NCBI GenBank assembly: GCA_013265495.1
Contig: MU058337.1
Span: 3,616,176 to 3,680,175 of the forward strand
Direction of reading: 5' to 3'
Origin: Vicugna vicugna
Taxonomy: Eukaryota
DNA length: 64,000 bases
Each line of letters starts with the position of its first letter. Positions within the stretch are counted from its first letter, which is position 1. A program made the translations under genes and the position numbers. Shown piece after piece: positions 23,131-36,541 of the stretch. Under the pieces are notes generated by a model, which was not told the origin of the DNA, made no database searches, and was given only the letters and a program-made list of their open reading frames with translations.

Positions 23131-24359
23131 AATGTCTTTAAACAATGAAGTAAAATAACTACCCAAGGATCATTTAATGCCCTAATAACTTGTGATTTCA
23201 AATAGCTGCATTAAAATTTGCACAAAACAGTTAGATAACATTTTAAAATTATTTTTATAATAAAACATAAAAAGAAAGGAAAATTCTAGACCATTGAAAA
23301 TCCAAAAGTCTCGATCCTAGGTAACTCATCGAATATGCAGAATTTGGTCTATGTAAAATAGTGACCGACGGTATTGCGTATGATAAGACACTTAAATAAA
23401 CAAACAATGTATTAGGAAGTTGTTCAATGTACACTAAACTCCAGTTGAAAAATACCATTCATCTATGTCTGTCTTTGTTCAGCTTAGAAGATCCTTACAT
23501 TTCTCAGTGACATAACAAAGACTAAAACTGTTATTTTTGCAGGTAAATACGACTTTTATAATAAAAGAGTTGTCTTTTTGTTGTGATCAACATGTTTTGT
23601 ACAAATAATGTATTCAGTCTCATTTGCTGTGCCACTGGAAATCCTCAAGGGAGACAAACGTTTGGCCATGTGTGTAACAGCTTAAAGACAAGTGCCTAGG
23701 AATGGCAGTCTTATACAAGGTGACTGTTTCATTTTATTCTCTCTTATTATGAAAAGCAATGGTGCAGCAGACATTTTATACACTGTAAATCTAATTCCCT
23801 AGTGTTTATGTTTGTAAAGTTCAGCAGCTGAGGAGAAAAAGTCCAGATCAACAAATTAAGTTATATTCACACTGATTGGCACGGGCAGATGCAATTCCAT
23901 TCTCTCTTTCTACCAACGGTACTAGAGGTCACGTCTCAGAGGAAAATGAAAATCTCTGTGTCTCAACCTGACACATTCCATTTCGTTCCTGAACATGATT
24001 TACCTAAGTAGTTATGAGTATGACACAGTTAATTTAGCAAACACAATGGTTTGTTCAATACCATTAGCCTTCTATGAAAACATTCTCACCTGTTTTCTAA
24101 AGCAAATATTGTAAATGTAGGTATAATTAAAATTTTAGACAGGTTGGGCTCTGTGGAATGCAAAGATTACAATAAAATAAAGTTTTATATATATATTCCC
24201 CCCCATAAGATACAATGAGCAAGAGTAAGAACAAGGTGTTTGTATTTTTCAGGACACAATTGTTTTAAATTATGCAGAAAAAGACTTTGTTAGTCAAAGG
24301 CCAATCAGACAGCACTCTCAGCTTAAGGAAGACAACGTCTTAATAAAATATTAGAACCA

Positions 24360-24812
24360 AATAGAAACATCCTAGCATGGCCCACAAGACTACATGAACT
24401 CATCCCTTTCTGATTTAATTTCATACCATGCTCTCATTTATTTTTATTAAACTACATTAGCTTTCTTTCTATCTCCTGTAAAAAACAACTTTCGTCCCCA
24501 CCTGTGGGCCTCTGCACTTGCCATGGCCTAGAGTCTTCTCATAATTGACTACTTCTTGGCATTTTACTCTCAGCTCCAATGTCACTTTGGAGAGATCGTT
24601 CTGACCCCTCAATGAGAAGTAACTCCCTCTTTGGCTCATTTACTCTCATACTAGCTACTGTATTTTCTTCCTATCAGTTATCAGCACCTAATATTATCTT
24701 GTTTATTTAATAACTTATTTGCCTCCCCTAGTAAAACAGTGTTATGAAGGCAGGAATCATCTGTCCTGTTAACTAGTCTATCTTTGTGTTCTACTTCTGT
24801 TTATTGAATGAT
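24360..24812 (+). mobile_element. L2 3' end
   Basis: GGGCCTCTGCACTTGC...CTCAGCTCCAATGTCAC...ATGAAGGCAGGAATCATCTGTCCTG...TTTATTGAATGA. Confidence 0.7.
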
Positions 24813-26859
24813 AAAAAACTTTTTTCTTTATAGCTCTGTGGATTCATTTTTTCTTCCTCTTTCCTTTACATATTCATGGACTCACTGCGTTTGTGATTCT
24901 TAAATATATTTTATATTCTTACCTTTTAATTTGAAACTAAATTTACATCAAATTTACATCACTTTTTTATATAAAGGTGCTTATGTTTATTTTCAGAGAG
25001 TTCAAATGGCACATGACATAGGCAGGTACGTAACTGGTTCATGATTCAAAGATCTGCCCCATACCTTAATGATGACTGCCCATAATTTAAAATAAGATCA
25101 TTATCTTAAGATCATTATTCTTTATCAGTAAAAGCATGAAATAATCTCTGAGTTGCTTGTCTTTGTGCTATTGAGAACATCAAGATAATTAGCTACATAG
25201 ATCGTCAACTTTTTTATAATGTCCATATTTATATGTATTTATTATCTTTATGCTGAATATTTCCATTTAAATACACTGGTGAAGAAGACCAGAGGAGTGG
25301 ATTTACCATATCTAAATGTATGTTCTTAAAGAATCATAAAAAATTATTAATGTTTAACCAATATCAATATGATGTTTTTTATTGCCATAATAACCACTTC
25401 GACTACACTGAAGAATGCTAAGCACAATTAAATTCTATTGTGTGCTCATTATATTAAATGACAAAAGCTGACATATACTCAGAATTAATCTAGTAATATT
25501 CTTCAATAATTTACCATTTGTGAAGCATAACAAGTAGCAACTTCATATTAATTATGTTATCGCTTTCTGAGGTACCAAGATGCAGTACTAGAAAGCAGGG
25601 AAGTAAAATCTTTAGAAAGTGAATGATTTTCTTATTTCCATCGTCAAGTATCTGGTATAATTTCCTCTTGGATGTAGGTTTGAACTGGAAACTAGAGGTT
25701 TTCATACATATCAGGGCAGGAAGGCAACTCTTATGGAAGAAACGTCGTAAGTAGATGTGTAGATTTACTGTAGTAAGATGAGAAATCTAGTTTACCTAAA
25801 ATGTGGGTTGTGTGTAATGACAGTAATACAGTTAAGGTAGTTTGAATCAACTGGGCTTTGAATTCTATTTTTCAGGGAGCCACTGACGCCCTTTGAGAAA
25901 GAGAATATAAGATGAGTTTAGCATTTTTAAATTAATATGGTTGAATTGGTGAATTAATAAAGCAAATAATAATTCATACAAATGAATACTCCCTAATCAT
26001 AAGAAAACTAATCTCATAATGATATACAAGGAGATTTGGAAGTGTAATTATAAGTAGTAAATATTATTAAATAACTGGAGAGTAAAGAGTTACTGAGGAT
26101 TTGAAACAGGATGGTGATATTATTTATGTTTGGCCTATGGGATCACAGCAGTTGGGACACGGGGAGAGAAGAATGTTGTAAATCTACCTTGGATTATATA
26201 TCACTAAGGTAAGGTGGGAGCAAAAGGAAATAAATCCGCTATAAAGACTGGTCTCCCAGAAGAGTACTATTGAAAAGTATTGAAAAAATGCAGCAATATC
26301 GTGCATCAATTTGGGCACTGGCGGTACGGAGTGGTACACTTAATGTGATCACGGGACAGCACTGGGGAACTCCTACTGCAGATTAAAATCAGAAGCCTGT
26401 TTAGTGGCAGTCCTTTAACACATTGTCCGACTACAGCAGGGCTTTTGCAGGAGGATTGGAATCGGTGAGAAGTAGACCATAATCCTGAGGAAGCTGAATA
26501 GAGAAGTGCCCCAGACAGGAGCTGTGGTTCAGTACGGGATCTCAAATCCAGCAGGCGGATGCTGTTCTTGATCAGCAGTTGGGAAGACAGTAGAGGGTGG
26601 TGAGCCAAATCTGAAAACAAATCTGGAGGATTTAGCCAGGCCCAGGGCAAGGGGAGTGCTGAGGTTTGTGGCCTTTGGGGTGCCTGGGACTTGTCCCCTC
26701 GCTAGAGAAAGAGAAAATATGTCAGTGCAGAACAGCCCAGCAGTGAGGCTGGCTTCCAGCTCCAGTGCCTGTCATAAGTCATCAACTTCATGACTTCTAT
26801 TCAAGCCTTGTCAGACTGTGAGGCTGAAGCTATTGAAATATATCTTCAATGGGTCTGGA

Positions 26860-28120
26860 TTGCTTTAAAAACCAGGATTGAGTGATGAATATGTGTGGAG
26901 AACTGAAGTAAAAGTTAAAGTCTGGAAGTTGACAATGGAGGCAGTGGGAATGAGAAACAGAGGATAAATGCCCAGGAAACTGATGAGTAGGATGGGACTA
27001 ATCAAATGGAGGCACGTTTGCAATGAGGAGAACCCAGGAGTCAAGAATGACTCTGTGAGGTTTTAAGCTCACCTGATGGAAAACGTGTCCAGAGAGAGAG
27101 ACTGCTCTGGTGGTGACTTGTAATGAGATGCAGGATATGTAACAGATGGATAAAATGTAATAGATAAGCTGAATTAAAGTACGGTTTGGGTGTCAAATGC
27201 AGCACTATAACTACAAAGGCATTAGTAAAGATACAGCTCTGCTGGAGTATCTGTGGAACGTATGAAACCACAAAAAGAGAGAATGCAGAAAATGTAGGAA
27301 TGTAGGAAAAATATATTTGGAGAAGAGACTTATTGATTGATATCATTTAAGGTTTGAGAGGATTGAGAAGAACCATGATAACAGTGAAGCCATGTTCATA
27401 AAGGCACAAGGACAAATTGATGGTACAGCATAAAAAAGAATTTCACTCATGATTGAGTGATGGGAACTGATAAATTGAGGGAGCAAATGAGGATAAAAAC
27501 TGAGAAAAATTATTTTCATGTGATATTTGTTGGGCCATTATTAACCTATACAGAAGTAGTTTCTTTATATCAATAGAGACAAATGTCAGATTTTGAAAGT
27601 TTAGCAATTGAGTTCAACAGGTAAGAAAATACAGGCAGTAAATGTACACTAACCTTATTATAAGATTGAGCGTGACAGAAGAAAGCAAGAGTACTGGCCC
27701 TCTGGGAAATGTGAATCTGGTGATCAAGGCTGGAGCACGCAGAGGCGCAGGCAGTGAGCCCAGGCCAGCCAAGTAAAGTTAAAGGCCAAGTAGAGGGGAT
27801 TACATTTAGAAGGAGTTTGGATGTTTGAGATGAAACTAAAGGTAGTTCTGTAGGAATCAGTCTTGGAGAGGAACAGACGCATACTTATCAGAGCAGAAAA
27901 TGAGAGTAACAGGCATTCCAAGGTAAGAAAAAAGGAATTTAAGCAGTTTTTTTCTGGATAGCATTTACTTTCTTCTTTAAATAGCAGACAAGGAGGAACT
28001 TCTCCTAGGAATTCAGGATTAAAGTTTGGGAAACTGAAGTTAAGTAATTGTTCTTTGGAGAAGCCACTTTGGGGAATTTGATAGGGAGTTAAATAATAAG
28101 GGAACTAGAGAATAGCACTG
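26860..28120 (-). mobile_element. L2 remnant(s)
   Basis: Purine-rich L2-like text (GGCAGTGGGAATGAGAAACAGAGGATAAATG...GAGGAGAACCCAGGAGTCAAGAATGACTC). Confidence 0.5.
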
Positions 28121-28506
28121 ATCAATTTATTATACTTTCCATTCTTAAGCATTTTGCTACTCTGTATATCTCTCTTCACATGGAAGTTTTCTTTTCAAAT
28201 TGTTTTATAATTTGACTAAAGTAATATATGCACACATGGTTTTTAAAAATCTAATGGCACTGAGAACTTTAATAAAGAACATGAGTCTTAATTTACTCAA
28301 ACTAATTTCGAAGCACTCACACCTTTTTTTCATTCCATTTTGTTAATATATGTGGATTTATAACATTATAATTCCTCTTACCTCTTCTCCTTCTAATTTT
28401 ATTATATCAAAATTTTTAGTTCACTTGCTATGCAACGATGGAAATTTAAAAATCGTACTTAACCTTCTATTTCTTGTTCCTGGAAGAGAAAATGAACTTT
28501 CTAACT

Positions 28507-28664
28507 TTATTTTGTTTTATTATTTTATTTTATTTTATTTATTTTTTAACATTTTTTATTGAGTTATAGTCATTTTACAATGTTGTGTCAAATTCCAGTG
28601 TAAAGCACCATTTTTCAGTTATACATGAACATACACACATCCATTGTCACATTCTCTTTTGCTG
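28507..28664 (-). mobile_element. Very short 5'-truncated young-family L1 3' end with (TTTTA)n tail
   Basis: Reverse complement matches 54070-54190 of the young L1. Flanked by TTTCTAACT / TTTCTGACT (probable TSD). Confidence 0.88.
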
Positions 28665-31600
28665 TTTCTGACTCTCCTTTTTATCTGTCTTCCTCCTTTT
28701 CTTCCCTCCAGTCTCTGTGAAATATATGTGTTATGTTTATACTGGCAAGACTTCTAGTATTTACGTTCTCACACCTTAAATAAGTATTCTATGATATATC
28801 CATTGTTGACTCCAAAAGATAAAAATCAACAAGCATTATGTTCAGGAAATTAAATTATATAAATATTGGTCATTATAAGCCCAAGTGTCACCCTTCCATT
28901 TATGACACTTGGGCTTACACTCTGGGATAACACAATCATTATTCTTTCAACGTCACTTCTATTATCGCCAATCACAGTATCATGTGACATGGTCAAGATA
29001 AATTAGGTCTCATAACGACATTCAATGAGTTGCTCAAAATGAAGCTTAAAGTTTAGTTTGCTTTCAATTTCTACTGTAACAATTTTAGAGTCTCTTGCTT
29101 GTTTTCTCCTGGAGTTTGTAGTCGCTTATTTACTTATTTAATGTTATTTATGTCAAATTAAATAATTTACTATTTTATTTTTACGGGATGTCTCATGAAT
29201 TTTAGATTTATACTAGAGAGTTTTCCTTTCATTACTGTCTTGCCCTCAGGACTACTATACTGCTCTAAGTTGGACAGTGAGATTTTGTTGAGGACCTAAC
29301 CTAACTTCAAAAATCTCCTTCGTCATCTGAGTTGCTCTTGGTACTTTTATCTTCTCATTTTGCTAGAGTATCGTCTCGGCTAACTTCCTAAGAAAGGATT
29401 ACTGGGACACAAATTTTATACATCTTTGAATAGCTAAAGATACCTCTGTTCTCCTGTTACTCTTGGTAAATAATTTAATAACGTAGACTTTCTGATAGAA
29501 AATGTTTTCTTCGTAACCTGAAAGGTATTACTATTATATACTTTTCTTTCTTGTCCCATCTAATCAAATTCCATTTACAGAAGAGACAATGGAGATCATG
29601 AAAAACACCTGCAATAAGAGATATCCCCATGTAGCTCAAATGAAGAGTCTGATTTTTTTTTTGGTGCAATATTCCAATTGATGCATCTTTTGCTGTTGTT
29701 GTTGTTGCTCATTTCTAAACACAGCTCTACTTCCTCTTGATCACTGGGTAAAGGTGTGTTTTTTGGTTTGTTTGTTATGTATCACGTTGTGTTGACAAAT
29801 GATATAGTCTTAACAGGCTTGGGTGACTAACTTCGTATCTATTAAGAATAGTAAGTTGCCAACTTCTTTGCATAATATGAATTTGGGTTATTAAAGGATG
29901 TGCATACAAAAAGATTCTGTGTGAATTTAGATTCTATTTTGTGACAAACTAATATTTCTAATTTGGTTTGACTTGGGGCACACATTAAAATTAAAGGACA
30001 AAATTTTATGATCACATATTAATTAGACTTGAATGAATGAGTTTTAAGAGGACTTACCCAAGTATACCCTGGAATAACTGGTATGTATAAGGATTTTATT
30101 TAATATGTGTTCTGTGTTATACAATTTATGTATTTGCTCCATATGCTAGAAATAGTAGGAAGAAATAATAGCTGCATTTCTGTAATAGTTTATTCTGTCT
30201 CCTTTTGTTTTTCTCAATGACACATTTCTAGGTAGAAATAAACAGGCAATGTAACAGCCATGACTAGTTTCTGGCCTGGGCATTGCTAATAGTATTGCTT
30301 TTGTAACTCTGAAAAATTCCTGAATGGAATGTAGAAGGAAGAATTTACTCCGTCAGGCCTACAGGGAATTATGGATGCACCAATCTCAACATAAACGGGC
30401 TCTCAGACTGGAGAAATCTGACAAGACACCAAAGGGAAGCCACTGAGAGCAAAGGTTCAGGGATCTGTTTAAGAAGTAATTTATTATTGGCTTCATGCCA
30501 TCTTTGAAAATCTTTCCCCAGGCAATAAACATTAGAAATGTTATTATCATTGCCCCTAGTCTCCAGCTTCTTTGGGAATCAGATAGCTTGTCTCACTGTA
30601 GCCTACGGCTGCCTTCGTGGTTTCCTCGAGGAAAAGTGACCCTGGTTTGCAATAAAAGTCATGAGGTTAATCTTGTACTTAGCATTGCTTTTCCCGAGAG
30701 ACCTTAATTCTTACATTAAATTATATTTTTTCATTATTCATCTTCCTCATTAAAATTCTTTGCATTAAAACCTTTCAATTGTAGTATATTCTGCCCCATG
30801 AGTTCCAAGTGAGATTCTGGGTGTTTTTATTGTGGCATTCTCTGCCATAAAAATTTTGGTAGTTTAATCAGAATAAGCTTCATTTTCCATTTCATTAGCA
30901 CCCCTCAGTGACGAGATCTACAGCAGGTTAGTCAGATAGTCAGGGTTGTCTCATACATACTCTGCTGTCGTATGAATACAAAAAGTTCCATCTTTTTTAA
31001 TTGAGAGTCTCTTGACAAGTACTATCATTGCAGTAACATCCCTACTTTAAAAACACCCTGTTCAGCAGAGCATTACAAAGAAATCAACAACAACAACAAG
31101 TCTACAAACACTTATTCAAAGAAAATAATCTCTTTTCTTAGACACAAGCTTGTAATCGCAAGAGGCTGATGTAACTACACAATACAAATTACAGGACCTT
31201 GTACTCCATCTTTACTTTTATGCATTATATTTTTCACATTGTTTCATTATGTTGCAGAAAGATAACACAAAAGAAAAATGCATAGGAATTCAGATGAGAA
31301 ATGAGATTTCTCCCCCAGAAGAAAAGAAAGTATGAAGAGAGAAAAAGTCCCTAACAGTCATGTGATGTTTCCTCTTAACTGACAGAATCTTCACGTGTGT
31401 TACGTCTTCTGAGCATGTATCAGAGGAAGACTGGCAAATCCAAAACCACCCTAATCGATTTTTGTTGTAATTGTTAGAAACAGACTTAACATAGGTAATC
31501 AAAGGCTGTACAACAATTGGAAGAGAAAAGAGGGGAAGTGAAGGCCAGCTACTTCTTTCAGGAAATCAGGGATTACAGGGAGCTGCATCTGATGATCCCA

Positions 31601-32029
31601 GGTGTCCGAGGCACCAGAGTAGGCAGGAGAAACTGGGAAGTCGAAAGAAATTACCACTGACGAACTAAGCTCCCTGACTGAAGCCTTCCTCAGGGCCTGT
31701 CTTTGTTGGTATTTAACAGTCAAGAGGTTTTAGGGTAATACAATTCCAGGCTGCAAAAGCTAAAGGGAGTGGCAGTGACGCTGCACCGATGTGATACAAT
31801 CTGCCAGTGATGGTCACTCGACAGTCAATCAATCTTACCTTCAATGTGTAGTAGTTATAGTTCATCAAGATTTAATGAATTTGGTAAATAATATCTTTTA
31901 TAACACATAAAAGATATGTGATTGTGCATATATATAGTATATATATTATCTGCACATATATTTTGTATTAAATGTGTGTGTACGTGCATACATAGAGGTC
32001 ACTTGTGAGAAGTTTTGTGTAACATAATG

Positions 32030-32190
32030 GATATATTTTATCTCACGTAATCATTATCACCACCTTCATAGTACAGATGAAGTAAGTGACATTCAGAGTA
32101 GGGAATTATTCCCTGCTCACATAGCTAGTAAATGCTACGTTGGTATGTGAACCCAGTTCTTTCTGACTTCACGTGCACGCTATTAACCAG
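32030..32190 (-). mobile_element. MIR SINE remnant
   Basis: ACAGATGAAGTAAGTGAC...CACATAGCTAGTAAATG...TGAACCCAGTTCTTTCTGACT. Confidence 0.7.
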
Positions 32191-32739
32191 TGATATCCAC
32201 AGACAGGTACATTTTGAGGGATGTGCAAGATGACTCACTGGATTGAAGGAGACAAATACCATTATTGTTATCTTCATTCATTTTTATCTTTAAATATTAG
32301 AAAGAAATGCTTTGTTCATATTTCATAATACACAGAATCCCACGAGGGTTCACACTTACTCCATATGATACCTTCATGTTGTGCAAGATATGCAAGGCCA
32401 GGGTGGAGGTTCTGAAACTCCATGAAGTTGACAGTTGTGTCCATTTTCTTCTAACATTTTTGTGGATATATGTGGTTCAAGTTATCACAGATAAGATTCT
32501 TTCTGTAAATATGGAAGTTTTAAACACGTGAAACTTTATAATACTTTGGAATCAAATATGCTAACATGGCAAATTTTGGTACAATTATGAAGTAATTCGT
32601 GGTAAAATAATTCAGTCTTTGAATTTAAGAATGAGTTGCATGAACTTCCAGCGTCAGCTAAGATGCAATAAGCCCCCTACACTTCAAAGTGCTGGGTAAA
32701 CAGACTCTGAAAAGGAAGCAAAGTCAAGTTTATTGGGAA

Positions 32740-33030
32740 GTGAAGTCAAAATTTGAAGAAGCTCCCTGTGTGGGGTGAGTCCTGGGGGAGTTTTGTTTTA
32801 TTTTACTTTTCTACTTTCTGTCCTGACACGCATCTGAGGAGGAGACCCCCAGCTGGGCCGCACAGGCAACAAAAGCTCTGAGGTTTCTGGACACAGGAAC
32901 AGGAGGAATGAGGGCCACCGATGGCGAGAGAACGTGAGGGGGTCTTTCCAACCACCCCTGCCCCTTTTTCGCTCTCCTAGTTTTGGCCCAAGGGTGGTCT
33001 GCGTCACAGAGTTATAGCAGCTAGAGCAAA
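32740..33030 (+). mobile_element. Old L1M 5' region remnant
   Basis: T-rich/GC alternation and AAAGCTCTGAGGTTTCTGGACACAGGAACAGG resemble ancient L1M 5' ends, similar in style to 49310-49460. Confidence 0.4.
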
Positions 33031-33169
33031 AGAAAGTATCTGGCTTCTGTAATATGATGTTCAAGATGGCACTGAAGCTGAGGCCTACTGGCAGGAAAAT
33101 GGAGAAGAAGCTGACTCGTGAGATAACTGAATAAATAATTCAATTACTAAACACAAGGCAGCACGGCTG

Positions 33170-34110
33170 GATCTCAGTGGAGTGGTACAGGGAGAGACTG
33201 AAGAGAAAAGCAGAGGCCAAGTTATGCCAGGTTTGGAAGGTCAAGTCAAGGACGATAGCAAACGCTTACCGGGTACTTACTCTGCTCAAGGCACTATTCT
33301 AATTGCTTACACATAGTTAACTTACTTAATTTTCTCAAGAACTCGTTGAGAAAAGTATTTTCACCACTAACACTCTCACTTTAAAGATGAGCAAACTGAG
33401 GGGCAAAGAGATTACATCCTGGAGTTCATGCAAATTATAACTTGAAAGAGCCAGAAACAGAATCCATGCAGGATTCTAGAAAAAAGTCCAGCTTTTGTCT
33501 TAAGTGTAATAAAAAAGGTGATGACATGGTTCTAAGCAGTGAAGTAATAGATGTGCTCTAGCTTTTCCAAATTATCTGGTTATTACGTAGCAAATGCATG
33601 AAAGCCAGGCAAACATGAAATGGGAAACCAATACACCAGGTAAGAGATGGTGGTCCATCAAAATGGAGTGCCCAGCATAGAAACACAGAAAAGCAGATGA
33701 TTCAGGGAAATATGTTACAAGCAGAATCAACCCAGCTTCCTAGTGAATTAAGTGTGGAACTATCAAGGACAATTTCTAGGTGTCTTGCTTGAGCAATCAG
33801 TTGGATAGATATGGCTATTACTGGACATGGAAAACACTTGACTAAAGGCAAGCTAGTTTATGATGATAAACATGAGAGATAACTATGACATTTCCATGTA
33901 ATATTCAAATAAGTCATTATGTAAATATGCATCTTAGAAAATACATCGGAGCTGGAGATTTAAGTATAGGCATTGGAAAATATTAGTAACATCTAAAGCA
34001 ACAGGAATGAACTTGACCTGAGGGAAGGGATAGAACGGTAACTTCTAAAAAGTCAAAAGTCAAGCCCTACTAACTCCAGTATTTAGAAAATGGTAAAGGA
34101 GGTATTTCTG
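33170..34110 (-). mobile_element. L2 remnant interrupted by a MIR
   Basis: GGCCAAGTTATGCCAGG...TCAAGGA [MIR] CAGCTTTTGTCTTAAGTG...CCAGGTAAGAGATGGTGG...GCTGGAGATTTAAGTATAGG. Confidence 0.6.
33255..33480 (-). mobile_element. MIR SINE nested in L2
   Basis: TACTTACTCTGCTCAAGGCACTATTCTAA...AGATGAGCAAACTGAGG. Confidence 0.7.
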
Positions 34111-36099
34111 GCCCCAGAATATTCTGATTTTTCTTCTCTCTCTTAACATTTTTCCCACTCATTCCCTGATGTTTAATCTAGTAATGTGATGCTCTCAGGC
34201 TATTCCTGTACTTATAAATCAGTCCCAGAGAACAATGGTCATGGTTGATCAATGTTCCTTAGAAGTTAAATGAAACATTTAAGCAACCAGTGAGTAATAT
34301 CCCCCTAGAACACCTCTAGAGTCCATTCCTCCATGACCTTGGTTTTGCACTTCTTCTACAGAAGAGTCTGCTCCCATAAAAAGGAGTCACAACCAAAAGA
34401 CTGTTAAATGAAGGGAAGATCTCTAGCTGGCCATTGTGTTTGTATGTACTTTGTTGTGGAAATGCTGGGCCTTCCAGTCTTTAATCTCAGTCTGCCAGCC
34501 TGACAGCTTTGAAATTGCTGCAGAAAAGTTCACTGAAAGAGATAAATCAGTATATCATCTGCATAAAAAAGACAATGCATCATCATGGTAAATAAGGTAA
34601 CTGAATGAAGCTAGATACTGAGGAAAAGCTCTCCTGGGTAGGCTCAGTAAGACGACCAGGGAATTCAGGAAAGTTAAAGAAGCAAAAGCTATATGATCAT
34701 AAAATAATATACAATGTCATCATGGAAATAAACACACACACACACAAGCGTAATCATGCCCTTCAAAATTTCTTGATAGTGTCAAGACACTCTGAGTCTG
34801 GAATTACAGTTAAGAAATAAACAAAAATAAAAATAACAGGCATATAGCGAAAAGGTCAACATAATAAACATAATGAGCTTCTCCTTCAGATAAGACATCT
34901 TTTTGGAGCCAAATTAAATTTGGCATTTAAATCATAATTTAATCCATCTGATCCCAAAGTCCAAGTGAATCTAATTTAAGGAATACAATATGACATGGAA
35001 ATTGGAACTATCATACTGTAATCTGTAGTAATAACTTTGTTTAAAAACAAGGTGGGTTTGACAAAGGGTGGAAACCTGATTAATTTTCTTAAGACAAGGA
35101 GCTCCTGCATTACTGAAAGGATAAGTAACCACTACAGTCCCTCCCAACTGATAGGTGGGAAGTGAAGGGTCTCACAGGCTGCAGGACCTCTTACGAGCTA
35201 TCGCGTAAACCATACTGGAGACAGATCATGACAGTAATTTTCTGCTGCTTCTCTTGTACTTTTTGGGGTAAGGAAAGTCACCGCAGAAGTTTCTATATAT
35301 ACTACAGAACCTGAAATAGGCCGGCCACAAGCAATGGATGATTCTGTGTCAGGAGAAAAAAAATGGTGGCAATCAGAGGTAACCAAATGCAAATGCTCTC
35401 CATTTTCTATACCAAACAATAAATTCAGATGGCTGCACTTCTGCTCAGTGCACTATACATGAGAGATGAATTAACACTGAAACTAGTATTTTCATTGTCT
35501 TTCACTTCATCTTTTAAAGAAACATTATACACCCGTTACAAATATATATATAGTTGTTTGGAGAATGTCACAGTACAGTGACAGTTGGAGAACAGAGCCA
35601 CAGAACAAGAGTGTCACTGGGAAAAAGGTGTCAACAATGAAGTAATATAGATGTGAAAACCATGTTGTCAACTGCATCATGAACTTGAATGAATCTTAAA
35701 ACTGCCAAGAAATGCTATCAGACAATGCTGATATAGAAAACTCATATATAGATAGATACCATTATCTATCTTTGCTACAAAGAGTTGTAGTAAAGATGAA
35801 ATAAGAAAGTATGTATGAAAAGTAGTTTTCTGCATATAAATATCATCATTGATAAGATGCTGCCACACTCAAGTATGAATGCCCTCACAGAATGGTCCTA
35901 ATTTGAAAATTTCAGATGTAGTATCCAGTTAATAAAGAAAATTCTGTGAAAGTCTAGAACCTACATGCAGGACTTTGGAGAAATGTTCAGTATTGGGAGA
36001 GATCTCCTAAACTTCCAGATGAATGGCTGAAAACAAGATGAGATCATGGATGTCTTTTATTTCCCCTATTTGGTATTTTTTAAACATCTTTGCTATGTT

Positions 36100-36541
36100 T
36101 GATTAATTTCCAGATTTATGAGTTGACCTCCTAAGGTAGAATCTAGAAAACTTCTCAAGAACTTGAATTCAAAAGGGAGCAATTTTAGGATGTAGGTCCA
36201 TCCGAAGTTAATTTTGCTCCCAAGGGCAGTAGTGGCTGGAGCATCAATTTATGAGGGCGGCAGCAATCGGAAGTCCCTGGCGTAGACCCACCCTCAGTCA
36301 GGCAGCAGCAGTCACGGACCCTTCCAACATTGCTCCACGGGTGGTAGCAGCATCAGGGATGTCTCATCGAGTGAACTCTGCAGGGAAGATCTTGGTGTTA
36401 CTCCTGGAAATTTTGCTTGAAGCTTGGTTCTGTCATGTCGAAAAATTTGTGAGCTACTACAACATTCTTTTAATAGACACCATTTCTGCTCCATCAGCCA
36501 GATTCAACTTTGGTTCCTGGCAAGAGGAACCCTGACTAATG
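36100..36541 (+). mobile_element. Old ERVL LTR (LTR16/LTR33-like); left boundary uncertain
   Basis: 3' end CTGCTCCATCAGCCAGATTCAACTTTGGTTCCTGGCAAGAGGAACCCTGACTAAT resembles LTR16/33 termini. Confidence 0.45.

Noticed and set aside
26306..26650. Minus ORF ending HIKCTTPYRQCPN, faintly like the integrase TTPYHPQSNG motif
   Set aside because: A stop follows immediately, with no ER-N-TLK continuation and no upstream D,D motif; probably chance.
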